Shown piece by piece: positions 28,112 to 37,388 of a DNA stretch of 64,000 nt; position 1 is the stretch's first letter, and each line of letters starts with the position of its first letter. The stretch spans positions 278,379 through 342,378 of the forward strand of contig JAPLZK010000003.1 in the NCBI GenBank assembly GCA_026395055.1, read 5' to 3'. Made by a program: the position numbers and the translations under genes. The notes beneath the pieces are model-generated. The model did not search any database, was not told where the DNA came from, and worked only from the letters and a program-made list of their open reading frames with translations. This DNA comes from Candidatus Uhrbacteria bacterium (GTDB lineage Bacteria > Patescibacteriota > Patescibacteriia > UBA9934 > GWF2-40-263).

Positions 28112-28342
28112 TCACTTTTGGGCATTGGATTGCCCACGCAGCATCTTGATGAATTCAGGAAGGGTAATATTCACACTGCCAAGTGTCAAAACAAGAATCG
28201 ACACCACTTGAAGGACACCAACAATCCAAAGCACAGATGCATAGGGAAACATTGTATGAATCCATGAACCAATGAGAATAACGACCATGACTTGGAGTGG
28301 AAGTGTCAGAAATCGAATCAGATATTGCATGTTCCCTCTCAA
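28112..28342 (-). CDS. Small membrane protein (76 aa)
   Basis: Two hydrophobic helices. ATGA start/stop overlap with the upstream gene (28339..28743). Confidence 0.4.
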   Translation of the reverse strand: MRGNMQYLIRFLTLPLQVMVVILIGSWIHTMFPYASVLWIVGVLQVVSILVLTLGSVNITLPEFIKMLRGQSNAQK

Positions 28343-28743
28343 GGCTTAAGAACAATCTGATTTTGCACAGCCCATGCACGCCAGGCGGCACGTTGTACTT
28401 CGCGATCCGTAGAACCGTTTCCAGGATCTTGTCTTGTGAGAACACGAAGTGCAGGAAGCCACGGAAGGCTGGTTCCAAGAAAATCTTGAAGAAGGAACGG
28501 AAGAACAACCCTTCCCATTGCGATGATCGCAAGATAGCTTGCGTGTTCTTTTGGATTCTTCACTTCACCCGCATACCAATCAACTTGAAAGGCGCCTGCA
28601 TGGCGAACGAATTGCTGTTGCACCGTTTCCTCTTTCCTCTTTGGGAGAACGGGAAGAAACAGAATCGCGCCCGTATAAGGCGCATTTGGATCCAACAGTT
28701 CATCGAAATCATCAATAGGACAATAAACCGACATGTTATTCAC
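28339..28743 (-). CDS. Hypothetical protein (134 aa)
   Basis: ORF only. Translationally coupled to the downstream small membrane protein. Confidence 0.4.
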   Translation of the reverse strand: MNNMSVYCPIDDFDELLDPNAPYTGAILFLPVLPKRKEETVQQQFVRHAGAFQVDWYAGEVKNPKEHASYLAIIAMGRVVLPFLLQDFLGTSLPWLPALRVLTRQDPGNGSTDREVQRAAWRAWAVQNQIVLKP

Positions 28744-28833
28744 CTCCTAAATAGGGAGACTAACATAAATAGAAGACTTTTGACAAGAATCGAGTAAGAA
28801 AAAATCCACCGAATGTGTTTCAGTGGAAAGATG

Positions 28834-29568
28834 TTACGCGGATTGTATTCGGCTCGGCTCCACAGTCATTGTGTTTCGATCCACACGCACCAACGCGCGG
28901 AACTCAGCAGTCTCGAGGATGTGTGTACCGAGCAACATTTCAAATGTACGTGTGCGAATCCCGTACTCATCCGCTTTCGCGATCCAGACGTCATCCACCG
29001 TACGCAACATGGGATAAACCACTGGATCATCAAGCAGCATCGCGAGAAACCGCTCCATCCAAAGAATGATCGAAATCGTTGTGTCTTCTTTGAACATCTC
29101 AGAAACGATGTGCTTCATGGTGAGATGATCATACAACGACTTTGGTACACCTGTTCTGAACAACTGTCTGCCAGACAACGTCAACGCAAACGCCGGAGTG
29201 TCTTCAAGCAACTGACAAAGTGTCGCCTCGATTTTGAGATCGATGACGTCTGGATGATCAATGATACTGTGAGGTTTGGGTTCGGATGGAATAGACGTGG
29301 TCATGTTGGCCTTCGTGTCTTCGTAGTGTTTTCTATGAGCTGCGGCAACCAATGCCGCATACCGTTTTCCCTCAACAATACAAACCGCAATTTCTTCATG
29401 CCCATGAAAATCACAATCATGATCATGGAGCAGATGCTCTGCGGCTTCGACGAGTCTTTCAAGAACTCTTTCGTGAGTCCATGATTGATCAAGACCAAGA
29501 AGGTCGATCATCGCTGCATTGCGTTTTGATCGTTCGCTTTCCAACAAATCCTGATCTTGTCTTGTCAT
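28834..29568 (-). CDS. Hypothetical protein with His-rich segment HLLHDHDCDFHGHEE
   Basis: ORF only. Possible metal-binding site. No confident family. Confidence 0.45.
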   Translation of the reverse strand: MTRQDQDLLESERSKRNAAMIDLLGLDQSWTHERVLERLVEAAEHLLHDHDCDFHGHEEIAVCIVEGKRYAALVAAAHRKHYEDTKANMTTSIPSEPKPHSIIDHPDVIDLKIEATLCQLLEDTPAFALTLSGRQLFRTGVPKSLYDHLTMKHIVSEMFKEDTTISIILWMERFLAMLLDDPVVYPMLRTVDDVWIAKADEYGIRTRTFEMLLGTHILETAEFRALVRVDRNTMTVEPSRIQSA

Positions 29569-29627
29569 TTTGTTTCTCCTCCAACGGATAGACTACACAA
29601 AACCCACACCTTCGACAAGCCAAAAAA

Positions 29628-29660
29628 CAAAAACATCGAACCGAAGTTCGATGTTTTTGT
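29628..29660. terminator. Bidirectional terminator next to tRNA-Lys
   Basis: CATCGAACcgaaGTTCGATG hairpin flanked by A and T runs. Confidence 0.55.
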
Positions 29661-29735
29661 TGGTGCGCCGGGCGGGGATCGGACCCGCGACCTTGGGCTT
29701 AAAAGGCCCCTGCTCTACCACTGAGCTACCAGCGC
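29661..29735 (-). tRNA. tRNA-Lys (anticodon UUU), CCA encoded
   Basis: Minus-strand GCGCTGGTAGCTCAGTGGTAGAGC...CTTTTAA...GCGGGTCCGATCCCCGC CCGGCGC ACCA. Confidence 0.85.
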
Positions 29736-29790
29736 ATAAACTTCTCTAACGAGCGAAAATATATCAAATTCATTACAAAATGGCAAGGGT

Positions 29791-30840
29791 TTATTTTACC
29801 CCCAGCATCTTTACGATCTTTTCCGCACAATTTGTCTCAAGTGTTATCGATAACCTCTGTCCAAGCGCAAGGCGTTTCATGGGGTCATTCAAGAGTCGCT
29901 TGATCTGATTCAGGACCTCCTGAGAAGAACTTGAGGATTGATCCAGCACAACACTCGCCTCATGAATAACATGTGCGTTATCTTCTTGTGGCGAGTTTGG
30001 TAACGGAATAATGATTGCCGCTTTCTTGAGCGCAGCCAATTCCGAGATCGCACCCGCACCTGCTCGAGAAACCACGAGATCCGCAACAGCGTACGCATCT
30101 GGCATTTCGTCCACCATAGACTCGATAACGAAATATCCTTTCTTCGAGATCGCGCCGTTCAGTTTTCCTTTTCCAGTTACATGAATCACATTTGCGATCT
30201 GCAGCAACTCCTCGAGTATCTCAAGCACCATCTCGTTGATCCATTGTGATCCCGTTCCACCACCAAAGATGAATATGGTTGGTTTCTTTGCATCACATCC
30301 AAACATAATCTCCGCGCGCGCTTTGACACCTTGTCGAACAGACGCACGAACGGGATTTCCCACAACAACCGTTTTTGATTTTGGAAACGCACGTTGTGTT
30401 TTCTCCCACGCAACCGTAATAACCGATGCGAACGGCGCAAGCAAGCGATTCGTCATGATGGATCGAACATCCGACTGGTGAATCCAAGAAGGAATTCCCA
30501 TCATGCGCCCCATAATCACAATCGGTACACTTGTGTATCCACACGCTGCGGCAATCAAATCAGGCTTCTCTTTCGAGAGGATGAGATACGACTGTGCACA
30601 CGCAAACAAAAATCGAAATGGTGTGCCCAACCATTCCATGGAAATATGTCGAACAAAACGCGCGGCAATAATAGATTGAAAACGGATTCCCTCTTTCTCA
30701 ACAAACACGCGCTCTGGACCTCGACGCGTCCCAACCCAAAAAAACTCGACAGATGCATCCTGTTTCTTCCAAGCTTCTGCGACCGCGAGCAGTGGCGTGA
30801 CGGGACCAAGAGTACCGCCACCCGTGAATAGTATTTTCAT
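29791..30840 (-). CDS. murG: UDP-GlcNAc--MurNAc-pentapeptide-PP-undecaprenol GlcNAc transferase
   Basis: MKILFTGGGTLGPVTPLLAVAEAW N-terminal G-loop and GT28 C-terminal domain. Follows ftsW. Confidence 0.88.
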   Translation of the reverse strand: MKILFTGGGTLGPVTPLLAVAEAWKKQDASVEFFWVGTRRGPERVFVEKEGIRFQSIIAARFVRHISMEWLGTPFRFLFACAQSYLILSKEKPDLIAAACGYTSVPIVIMGRMMGIPSWIHQSDVRSIMTNRLLAPFASVITVAWEKTQRAFPKSKTVVVGNPVRASVRQGVKARAEIMFGCDAKKPTIFIFGGGTGSQWINEMVLEILEELLQIANVIHVTGKGKLNGAISKKGYFVIESMVDEMPDAYAVADLVVSRAGAGAISELAALKKAAIIIPLPNSPQEDNAHVIHEASVVLDQSSSSSQEVLNQIKRLLNDPMKRLALGQRLSITLETNCAEKIVKMLGVK

Positions 30841-30841
30841 A

Positions 30842-31951
30842 TTATTTTGTGTGCTTCGAAATATTCAGCACCACACCCACTGCACACATTAACATCGCGA
30901 GCGATGTTCCTCCGTAACTAATAAATGGTAAGGGAACTCCTGTGATCGGCATGAGCGCTACCATAGAACCGATATTTTCAAACGCTTGTACCACAATCCA
31001 GGCCGCGACTCCAACCACAATATATTTTGAAAATTTATCGGGAGCGCGTTTTGCAATTTCAATGAGTCGCCAAAGGAGAAGTAAGAACATCCCCACCACA
31101 AGGACAGCAACCACAAATCCCATCTCTTCCCCGATGACTGCAAAGATCGAATCACCCGCAACTTCGGGGAGATATTGAAACTTCTGTCGCGAATGCCCAT
31201 ACCCAAACCCAAAGATTCCACCAGAACCAAGCGCAAGCAATGCTTGATTGATGTGGTATCCAATTCCTTTTGGATCAAGTTCCGGATGCAAGAATGTTGT
31301 GAATCGAGCTGCACGATACGGAGTAATGGCAATCAAAAGCGATATTCCCGCAAGCCCCGCAGCCATAAGTCCTCCAATATAAGCAACAGGCGCACCTGCC
31401 ACAAAATAAACCATGAGGGACATTGCAGCAAGAATCGTCATGCTTCCCGTGTCCGGCTGAAGAATCATGAGAATCGCAATGATTCCAAGAACGGAAAGAA
31501 ATGGAATGAGTCCTGTGTTTACATCACGAACTCCACGCTCGTCTCGTGTACTCAACCATCCTGCGAGGTAAAACAAAAAGGTGAGCTTTGCGATTTCGGA
31601 AGGTTGAATAGAAAAAAATCCACCAATCGTTACCCAACTATGCGATGTTCCAAATCCTGCCGAGAATCCCGGAATAAATACAAGGAGCAAAAGCCCAATC
31701 GACACAAGTAACAAATTCCACGCATGCTGTTTCCAAAACGTATAAGGAATACGTGAAAACGCAATGAGCCCCGCGATCCCCGGAATCAATCCGAAAATAA
31801 TTTGGTGCTTCAAAAAATAATAACTATCGCCAAATTGCTTATAAGCATTTGGAGACGAAGCGGAAAGCAAAACAATAAGCCCAAACAAAATCATGACGGA
31901 AACAATTCCGATCAATCCATAATCCATTGTTCCGCGTTCACGTCCTTCCAT
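30842..31951 (-). CDS. ftsW: SEDS-family peptidoglycan glycosyltransferase FtsW/RodA
   Basis: About 10 TM helices with a conserved SEDS periplasmic loop. Located between mraY and murG. Confidence 0.85.
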   Translation of the reverse strand: MEGRERGTMDYGLIGIVSVMILFGLIVLLSASSPNAYKQFGDSYYFLKHQIIFGLIPGIAGLIAFSRIPYTFWKQHAWNLLLVSIGLLLLVFIPGFSAGFGTSHSWVTIGGFFSIQPSEIAKLTFLFYLAGWLSTRDERGVRDVNTGLIPFLSVLGIIAILMILQPDTGSMTILAAMSLMVYFVAGAPVAYIGGLMAAGLAGISLLIAITPYRAARFTTFLHPELDPKGIGYHINQALLALGSGGIFGFGYGHSRQKFQYLPEVAGDSIFAVIGEEMGFVVAVLVVGMFLLLLWRLIEIAKRAPDKFSKYIVVGVAAWIVVQAFENIGSMVALMPITGVPLPFISYGGTSLAMLMCAVGVVLNISKHTK

Positions 31952-31955
31952 AACA

Positions 31956-33014
31956 TTACAAAAGAGCATCAAGTAAAATGAGTGCAACGCCCAGTGCAGC
32001 AGCAACCATAGAAACAACCCAAAGTCGCATCACGATTTGTGGTTCCGGCCAATCGATCGCTTCTAGATGATGATGAAAAGGCGAGGACCGAAATAATTTG
32101 CGTTTGAATACTTTTTTCCAAAACAATTGAATGATGACAGAAAGAGACTCAAGAACAAAGATAAGACCAACGACAGGCAAAATGAATGCCGTGTTTGTGA
32201 GCATGGCAACAATTCCAAGCGTGACCCCAAGAGACATCGCTCCTGTGTCACCCATAAAAAATGCCGCTGGGTGAATGTTAAACCAAAGAAACGCAAGAAG
32301 AGCCCCAAGGATAACTCCGCAAAAAACCGCAAGGTCGTATCTTCCCTGAGAGAACGAAATGATTGTGTAAGCCGCAAACGATGTCATGAGCGTTCCTCCC
32401 GCAAGACCATCAAGGCCATCTGTTTCATTGACCGAAAACGCTGTCGCCACAATCACGAGAATAAAAAATGGAACGTACCACATGCCGATGTGAAAATCGC
32501 CGATGAATGGGACGTGCAAAAAATCCCAATCAAGCTTCATGCGAAACCACCACGCTCCAACAGTAGCAATCACTGTATAAATCAAAATTCTGTGTCGCAT
32601 GCGAAGTCCTCCGCCTTTTGGACCAATTCCCTTCACGTTGAAATAATCATCAATAAGTCCAACAAGGGCGGACGCAACAAGGGCACCAAGGGGGAGCAAC
32701 GTTTCTGATCGAGAGAGAAAGTTTAAATGACCAAGCAAAGAATCTGGGCTTACATGCGGAGCAATAAGAGAAAAAAGGACGGCAAGAAACAAAACCGTTC
32801 CCCAAACAAGCAATCCCCCCATGGTTGGTGTTCCCTGTTTCTTTGCGTGTAACTTTGCGAAAATAGGAGCGTCTGCTGCTGCGCGAATGGATTTCCCCAT
32901 TTTCCATTGCTTTAGTTTATGCACAAGCAAAGGTGCCCAAGCAAAAGCAAACAAAAACGCCATCGAGCTCAAAAATAAAATGCGAACAAGTTCAAACGAT
33001 TTAAGCGGCATAGG
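31956..33014 (-). CDS. mraY: Phospho-N-acetylmuramoyl-pentapeptide-transferase
   Basis: MraY/WecA family polytopic protein with DD and DxxD motifs (NVKGIGPKGGG, FMGDTGAMSLG). Confidence 0.88.
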   Translation of the reverse strand, partial: PMPLKSFELVRILFLSSMAFLFAFAWAPLLVHKLKQWKMGKSIRAAADAPIFAKLHAKKQGTPTMGGLLVWGTVLFLAVLFSLIAPHVSPDSLLGHLNFLSRSETLLPLGALVASALVGLIDDYFNVKGIGPKGGGLRMRHRILIYTVIATVGAWWFRMKLDWDFLHVPFIGDFHIGMWYVPFFILVIVATAFSVNETDGLDGLAGGTLMTSFAAYTIISFSQGRYDLAVFCGVILGALLAFLWFNIHPAAFFMGDTGAMSLGVTLGIVAMLTNTAFILPVVGLIFVLESLSVIIQLFWKKVFKRKLFRSSPFHHHLEAIDWPEPQIVMRLWVVSMVAAALGVALILLDALL

Positions 33015-33402
33015 ATAAATTGAGAAGAACGATGAGTGCCATCGCAGACAATAAAATAAATTCAATCAAAACAGATGCAACCGCAACCATGGTTGCCAGA
33101 AGTTTTTCTTTTCGAAACGCAATCGTCTGTAAAATTAGGTGGAACAAAAACAATCCGAGCCCGAGTGTGGGGACCGCAAAAATTTGGTACCAAGAACCCA
33201 GCTGATCTACACCAAGATAAATATTATAGTGAAGCGGAATATACGGACGAGACGAGGCAAGAGGCATGATGCGCCAAACAGGCAACGCTACATCGAGCGA
33301 CAAAAAAAGGAGCGATAACACAAAACACCATGCTCCAATTTTTGTACGAAGCCACGCAAGCATGTCTGAGAAAAAAAACTGAACGCGTTTTGAAAATTTC
33401 AT
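33001..33402 (-). CDS. Hypothetical membrane protein (133 aa)
   Basis: 4 predicted TM helices. Overlaps the mraY start by about 14 nt. Confidence 0.4.
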   Translation of the reverse strand: MKFSKRVQFFFSDMLAWLRTKIGAWCFVLSLLFLSLDVALPVWRIMPLASSRPYIPLHYNIYLGVDQLGSWYQIFAVPTLGLGLFLFHLILQTIAFRKEKLLATMVAVASVLIEFILLSAMALIVLLNLSYAA

Positions 33403-33405
33403 GTA

Positions 33406-33642
33406 CTAGACAGAGATAACTTCTGTGATTGAAGGAATAGCATCTTTCAGTGCAACTTCTACACCCATTTTTAAGGTGATTTGAGACATGGGGCAACCAA
33501 CGCATGCCCCCTGCATTTTTACGCGTACGATTCCGGTCTCTGGGTCAAATGATTCAAGTTCAATTCCCCCGCCGTCCATACGGAGTGCGGGACGAATCAT
33601 GGTTAAAACTTCTTCAATTTTGGTACGCATTTCAGGATTCAT
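33406..33642 (-). CDS. NifU-like (Nfu) Fe-S cluster assembly domain protein
   Basis: MNPEMRTKIEEVL...IRPALRMDGGGIEL...VKMQGACVGCPMS (CxxC). Confidence 0.7.
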   Translation of the reverse strand: MNPEMRTKIEEVLTMIRPALRMDGGGIELESFDPETGIVRVKMQGACVGCPMSQITLKMGVEVALKDAIPSITEVISV

Positions 33643-33681
33643 AATGATATCAGTATATAACAAAATAACGTGCATTGCACG

Positions 33682-33963
33682 TTATCGTTTGTCTTGGATG
33701 CTTGCGAAACGACGTGTAGCAAGGACTCCGTGGAAATTCTTCATTTTCTTATGAGTAAATTTCACGAAACCATCAATAGCTGCGTACAAGGTGTCATCTT
33801 TTCCTTTTTTGACATTCAATCCTGGGTGAATTTTTGTTCCGCGTTGGCGAACAAGAATTTGTCCCGCTTTGATAATTTGTCCATCAGAGATCTTTACCCC
33901 AAGTCGTTTGGCAGCGGAATCGCGGCCCAGCGTGGTAGAACCTCCGGCTTTCTTATGTGCCAT
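33682..33963 (-). CDS. rpmA: 50S ribosomal protein L27
   Basis: [24 protein letters not shown]... canonical bL27 N-terminus. Confidence 0.9.
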   Translation of the reverse strand: MAHKKAGGSTTLGRDSAAKRLGVKISDGQIIKAGQILVRQRGTKIHPGLNVKKGKDDTLYAAIDGFVKFTHKKMKNFHGVLATRRFASIQDKR

Positions 33964-34082
33964 AGAGAATATTAAATAGTTGATTCGTCCGAAAGTATAA
34001 AGAAAAAGGCGATTTCCGTCAAGTAGTTTCCGTGTCTTATCCCCATTTCAAGGATTTTGCTCATTTCAAGCTTTTTCCAACG

Positions 34083-34114
34083 AAAAAGCCAGGTTCCTGT
34101 GAAGGAAACCTGGC
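34083..34114 (-). terminator. Rho-independent terminator
   Basis: GCCAGGTT...AACCTGGC hairpin followed by a T5 run on the minus strand. Confidence 0.5.
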
Positions 34115-34119
34115 CGAGA

Positions 34120-34680
34120 CTAGAGACGCCCGCAGAGCTCAGATGACAATCCTCTGCGAATGCATTCGTCGTACATCTGTTGGGGAGACCGCTCAGACCT
34201 GTGGCGAGACGGCGAAGACGACGGAGTCATTGCCGGAGCTACAGGTGCCGAAGCCGGGGTTGGAGTCACTACCGGAGCAGATGCCGCGGCAGCCGGAGTT
34301 GAGGCTGCAGGCAACGAAGTCGGCAGCGATGGGGTGAAGGACGCAGGTCCTGCGGTGAAGAACGGCCAGCAGAATAGGAGGATGAAACCAATCGACGTTC
34401 CAACGATTCCCGCTGAAACACGCCAATCCGCACCCCACCTATCATGCGCCCAATTCCCAGCAATCACGACACCAATCGAAGCAATGACTGCAACGAGCGG
34501 ATCGAAATCGGGCAAGCCCCACTGGCCACGGAGCGGCCGATTCCAGAGCGCAAACAGGAAGAATGCGGCAAAGAAATACACGGCTGCCTTATAGCCAAAT
34601 CCCCATCCCTGGCGATAAGTCCATCGACAGATCCGAAACACGAACACGGTCGTGAAGGCAATCTCGAGAAGTGAAACCAC
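34120..34680 (-). CDS. Hypothetical membrane protein with Pro/Thr/Ala-rich C-terminal tail (GC-rich island)
   Basis: 4 TM helices, then SLPTSLPAASTPAAAASAPVVTPTPASAP. Local GC is clearly higher than the flanks, and ORFs are open in several frames. Confidence 0.4.
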   Translation of the reverse strand: MVSLLEIAFTTVFVFRICRWTYRQGWGFGYKAAVYFFAAFFLFALWNRPLRGQWGLPDFDPLVAVIASIGVVIAGNWAHDRWGADWRVSAGIVGTSIGFILLFCWPFFTAGPASFTPSLPTSLPAASTPAAAASAPVVTPTPASAPVAPAMTPSSSPSRHRSERSPQQMYDECIRRGLSSELCGRL

Positions 34681-34707
34681 AGAAACCTCCTGTCGCTCTG
34701 CGACGGG

Positions 34708-35166
34708 TTAGAGGAGTTGATGAAGGCCGTACAGACCCGCACCCAAAACCAGTTGCTGAGCAATGAGGATCGGAACCGTCCGATTCATCGCAAGGGAAAT
34801 TCCACGAAGACTCATGAGAGCCAAATGCACCATGAGGACTGCAACGATCACATCCTGAAAGGGTGGTGGTGTTCTGTTCGAGACCACATCCAGATTGGAT
34901 ACAACGACACAGACCCACATGATATTTCCCGTAATCGCCGTGCATACCGGATCTGGACCGTTGGTTGTAAGCCAGGTCATGATCCGAGCGAGCGTCACAA
35001 TCGAGATGCCGTACCCAACGATGTGTCGAAAGTCGGCGCCGGCATGGGATTTCCATACGGCGACAACAGACACAAAGGTAAGGAGGGTCATGAAGACCGT
35101 ACCTTTCAGGAAAGCAGAAACAGAAACCACTTCTCTGGAAGGAACATCCTTCGCATTTGTCTCCAT
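34708..35166 (-). CDS. Hypothetical membrane protein (GC-rich island)
   Basis: Multiple TM helices. Start set at METNAKDVP because a GC hairpin overlaps the longer ORF's N-terminus. Confidence 0.4.
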   Translation of the reverse strand: METNAKDVPSREVVSVSAFLKGTVFMTLLTFVSVVAVWKSHAGADFRHIVGYGISIVTLARIMTWLTTNGPDPVCTAITGNIMWVCVVVSNLDVVSNRTPPPFQDVIVAVLMVHLALMSLRGISLAMNRTVPILIAQQLVLGAGLYGLHQLL

Positions 35167-35268
35167 CACACACCTCCCGGATTCAGAAAAATCCTGTTTG
35201 AGACAGAGCAATATACCATAAAATGGGCATTTTGTCAATGAGTTCGCTTCGCTCACGACCACCCCCTA

Positions 35269-35329
35269 CCCCCTCCTTTTTTAAGGAGGGGGTTCTTGGT
35301 TACAAAAAAATCGCCTTTTTGGGGCGATT
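35269..35329 (-). terminator. Tandem terminator hairpins downstream of the RNA ligase gene
   Basis: AATCGCC...GGCGATT followed by a T7 run (minus), then the perfect 10-bp palindrome CCCCCTCCTT tttt AAGGAGGGGG. Confidence 0.5.
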
Positions 35330-35333
35330 GAGT

Positions 35334-36578
35334 TTATTTCTCCATGATGTCATCAATGTAGGCAAGGAACTTGCGACAAATACCCCGATAATGTGGCGTC
35401 GATGCTTCAGGGGGCACGAGGCCGTACAGATAGTTCCAAAGAACTTTGTTCTCACCCGTCATAAACACGACACGCATGATGCGTCCGTACATTTCATTTG
35501 CCGCGGGAACAACCTCTTCATCGAGCGTGTTCAGCATCTTCTCGAGATTACCAGCCATGACGCGATTCATGATGTACGTCGGCGACAACTTCTTTTGGAC
35601 CATGAGGCCAATGTACGTTTCGTATTTCACCTTCACGCGTGTTCCGTCGAATAGTCGGATGACCCAACCCTCTTCGTTCACCACATCCCGATTCTTCATG
35701 GACGCGACAAGTACGTTCAAATTGTCACTTCCATTTGCATGTGCCGGACACAGATACACATCCGCACCCATTTTCATCTGCAAACGACTCGCATGAATCG
35801 GAAGCCACGCACGATTATCAAGCTGACTTCCTCCCACATAATCTGCGATCATCGACGCATCAACGAGCGTTTCTCGGTTGTACGCACCAAGCAAAACGAA
35901 TCCACTCTTTGCCCCATAGTTCACATGAACCTTTGTCGAAGGATCAACGAGCTCTACGAGTGTGGTGAAATTCGGATCGAAATTCTTTTTCCAATCGAAC
36001 TCACGTTCGCACTGACGCAACAACTTGGTTCCAAGCTTCGCACTTGGACTTCCGAACGTTCCACGTGTCGTGAAATGCAATTTGCCGTGATACTCAAAGA
36101 TGATGCCAAGGTGACCATCCATCTTCCGCGTCGCATACCAGCCACTGTAACTGTCGTCTCGATACGTCTTCAGTTTCTCGATCAGTGTGTCAATCACCGT
36201 CTCCGGATGCTCGTTCAAGTTAAAGAACTTTGGAAACGGATGTGCGATGAGTTTTCCTGTTCCCATTTCGAACACGATCCCGCGACACATGCGTAGCGCG
36301 TTCGTCCACCCTTCTGGATGTGCATGCAACGTGTTGTGCGCGGTGGGCGTGTAGTTGAACATGACAAGCGGAAGTTCCGGATGAAAGTCTGCGGCAAAGA
36401 GCGAATAGATCGATGGCATGCCTGGTGCGATCGGATAATTGAATGCATGAACGAGAAATAGATGTTCCGTTTTTGCCCATTCACGAAATTTTTCGCGTGA
36501 ATCAATTCCCGCAAGACCCATCCGATGTACAACCGCAGCCAAAGCTATGATCCCTTCGCGACGCTTTTCCAAATACAT
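35334..36578 (-). CDS. ATP-dependent RNA ligase, Rnl1-like nucleotidyltransferase
   Basis: Motif I RKMDGHL (KxDG lysine), motif IV EGWVIRLFDG, motif V VKVKYETY. About 140-aa N-terminal extension. Confidence 0.55.
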   Translation of the reverse strand: MYLEKRREGIIALAAVVHRMGLAGIDSREKFREWAKTEHLFLVHAFNYPIAPGMPSIYSLFAADFHPELPLVMFNYTPTAHNTLHAHPEGWTNALRMCRGIVFEMGTGKLIAHPFPKFFNLNEHPETVIDTLIEKLKTYRDDSYSGWYATRKMDGHLGIIFEYHGKLHFTTRGTFGSPSAKLGTKLLRQCEREFDWKKNFDPNFTTLVELVDPSTKVHVNYGAKSGFVLLGAYNRETLVDASMIADYVGGSQLDNRAWLPIHASRLQMKMGADVYLCPAHANGSDNLNVLVASMKNRDVVNEEGWVIRLFDGTRVKVKYETYIGLMVQKKLSPTYIMNRVMAGNLEKMLNTLDEEVVPAANEMYGRIMRVVFMTGENKVLWNYLYGLVPPEASTPHYRGICRKFLAYIDDIMEK

Positions 36579-36651
36579 GAAACACCTCCCTCGTCACAAA
36601 AGAACGAGGGGCGAATGTAGCAAAAAATAAACAGATCGTCAAGAGACTTCA

Positions 36652-36683
36652 ACAAAAAAAAACAAAGGGATTAACCTTTGTTT
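36652..36683 (-). terminator. Rho-independent terminator
   Basis: AACAAAGGgattaaCCTTTGTT hairpin followed by a T-run on the minus strand. Confidence 0.5.
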
Positions 36684-37383
36684 ACTTGGTCTTAAGGGTA
36701 TTGAGTGCCACTTCTTTTTTCAAACGTGCCACCAGACTCGATGGTCTTTTACGACACCCCTGTTCCAAAAGCGAAGCGGAATGGTGTGCGCGATGATAAT
36801 CCATACCATCTGACATCAGTCGGCGTTCGTGAACTTCGTGCAATAAGACAAACGGACGTTCTGATTGTTTCAAGTCGTCATCGATCCAGACTTCATTGGC
36901 TGGAACGAATGGGTATACGTAATCGTGACCTCCTTCTGTGTAGTCAATAAAACAGATGTCACGAACCAATTCTCCCCGCACAAGCCAAACCGTTAATCCA
37001 TTTGCGTATGTGGCTAATTTCTTTTTATATATTTTAGCGAGGGACTCTGGCGTAATCTTTTTTGAACGCAATCGTTTCATGACAACAGATTTCTTCCGCT
37101 CACTTCGTTCTGCGCGATCTGCATACGCAAGCGCTCGTGCATAAGACATTCCGCTTCGCATGAGTCGACGTTCTGTCAAAAGATGATGTGTAAAAAAAGC
37201 TTGCTCACCCGATACACACTCATGATCAATCCAAACCTCTCGCGAAGGAATGAATGGAAAACGCTCGTGCTGTCCGAAGTTTGTAAACTCCTCGTTCATG
37301 TGACCACGCACATATTCCCCATCCACTTCCCAGACGACAACATCTCCAATCGTATCCAACTTTTTTACATACGGCTTTTTCAT
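36682..37383 (-). CDS. Tandem-duplicated domain protein; second repeat carries HEXXH (HEVHE)
   Basis: Two about 95-aa repeats (VVVWEVDGEYVRG...ERRLMRSGMSYARALAYADRAE / LTVWLVRGELVRD...HEVHERRLMSDGMDYHRAHHSAS) joined by a basic linker. Confidence 0.5.
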   Translation of the reverse strand: MKKPYVKKLDTIGDVVVWEVDGEYVRGHMNEEFTNFGQHERFPFIPSREVWIDHECVSGEQAFFTHHLLTERRLMRSGMSYARALAYADRAERSERKKSVVMKRLRSKKITPESLAKIYKKKLATYANGLTVWLVRGELVRDICFIDYTEGGHDYVYPFVPANEVWIDDDLKQSERPFVLLHEVHERRLMSDGMDYHRAHHSASLLEQGCRKRPSSLVARLKKEVALNTLKTK

Positions 37384-37388
37384 AGACG

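Noticed and set aside
34160-34594. Plus-strand 144-aa Gly/Ala-rich ORF inside the GC-rich island
   Set aside because: It mirrors the Pro/Thr/Ala-rich minus-strand tail, which is expected for GC-rich low-complexity DNA. The minus-strand ORF is longer and has coherent TM topology.
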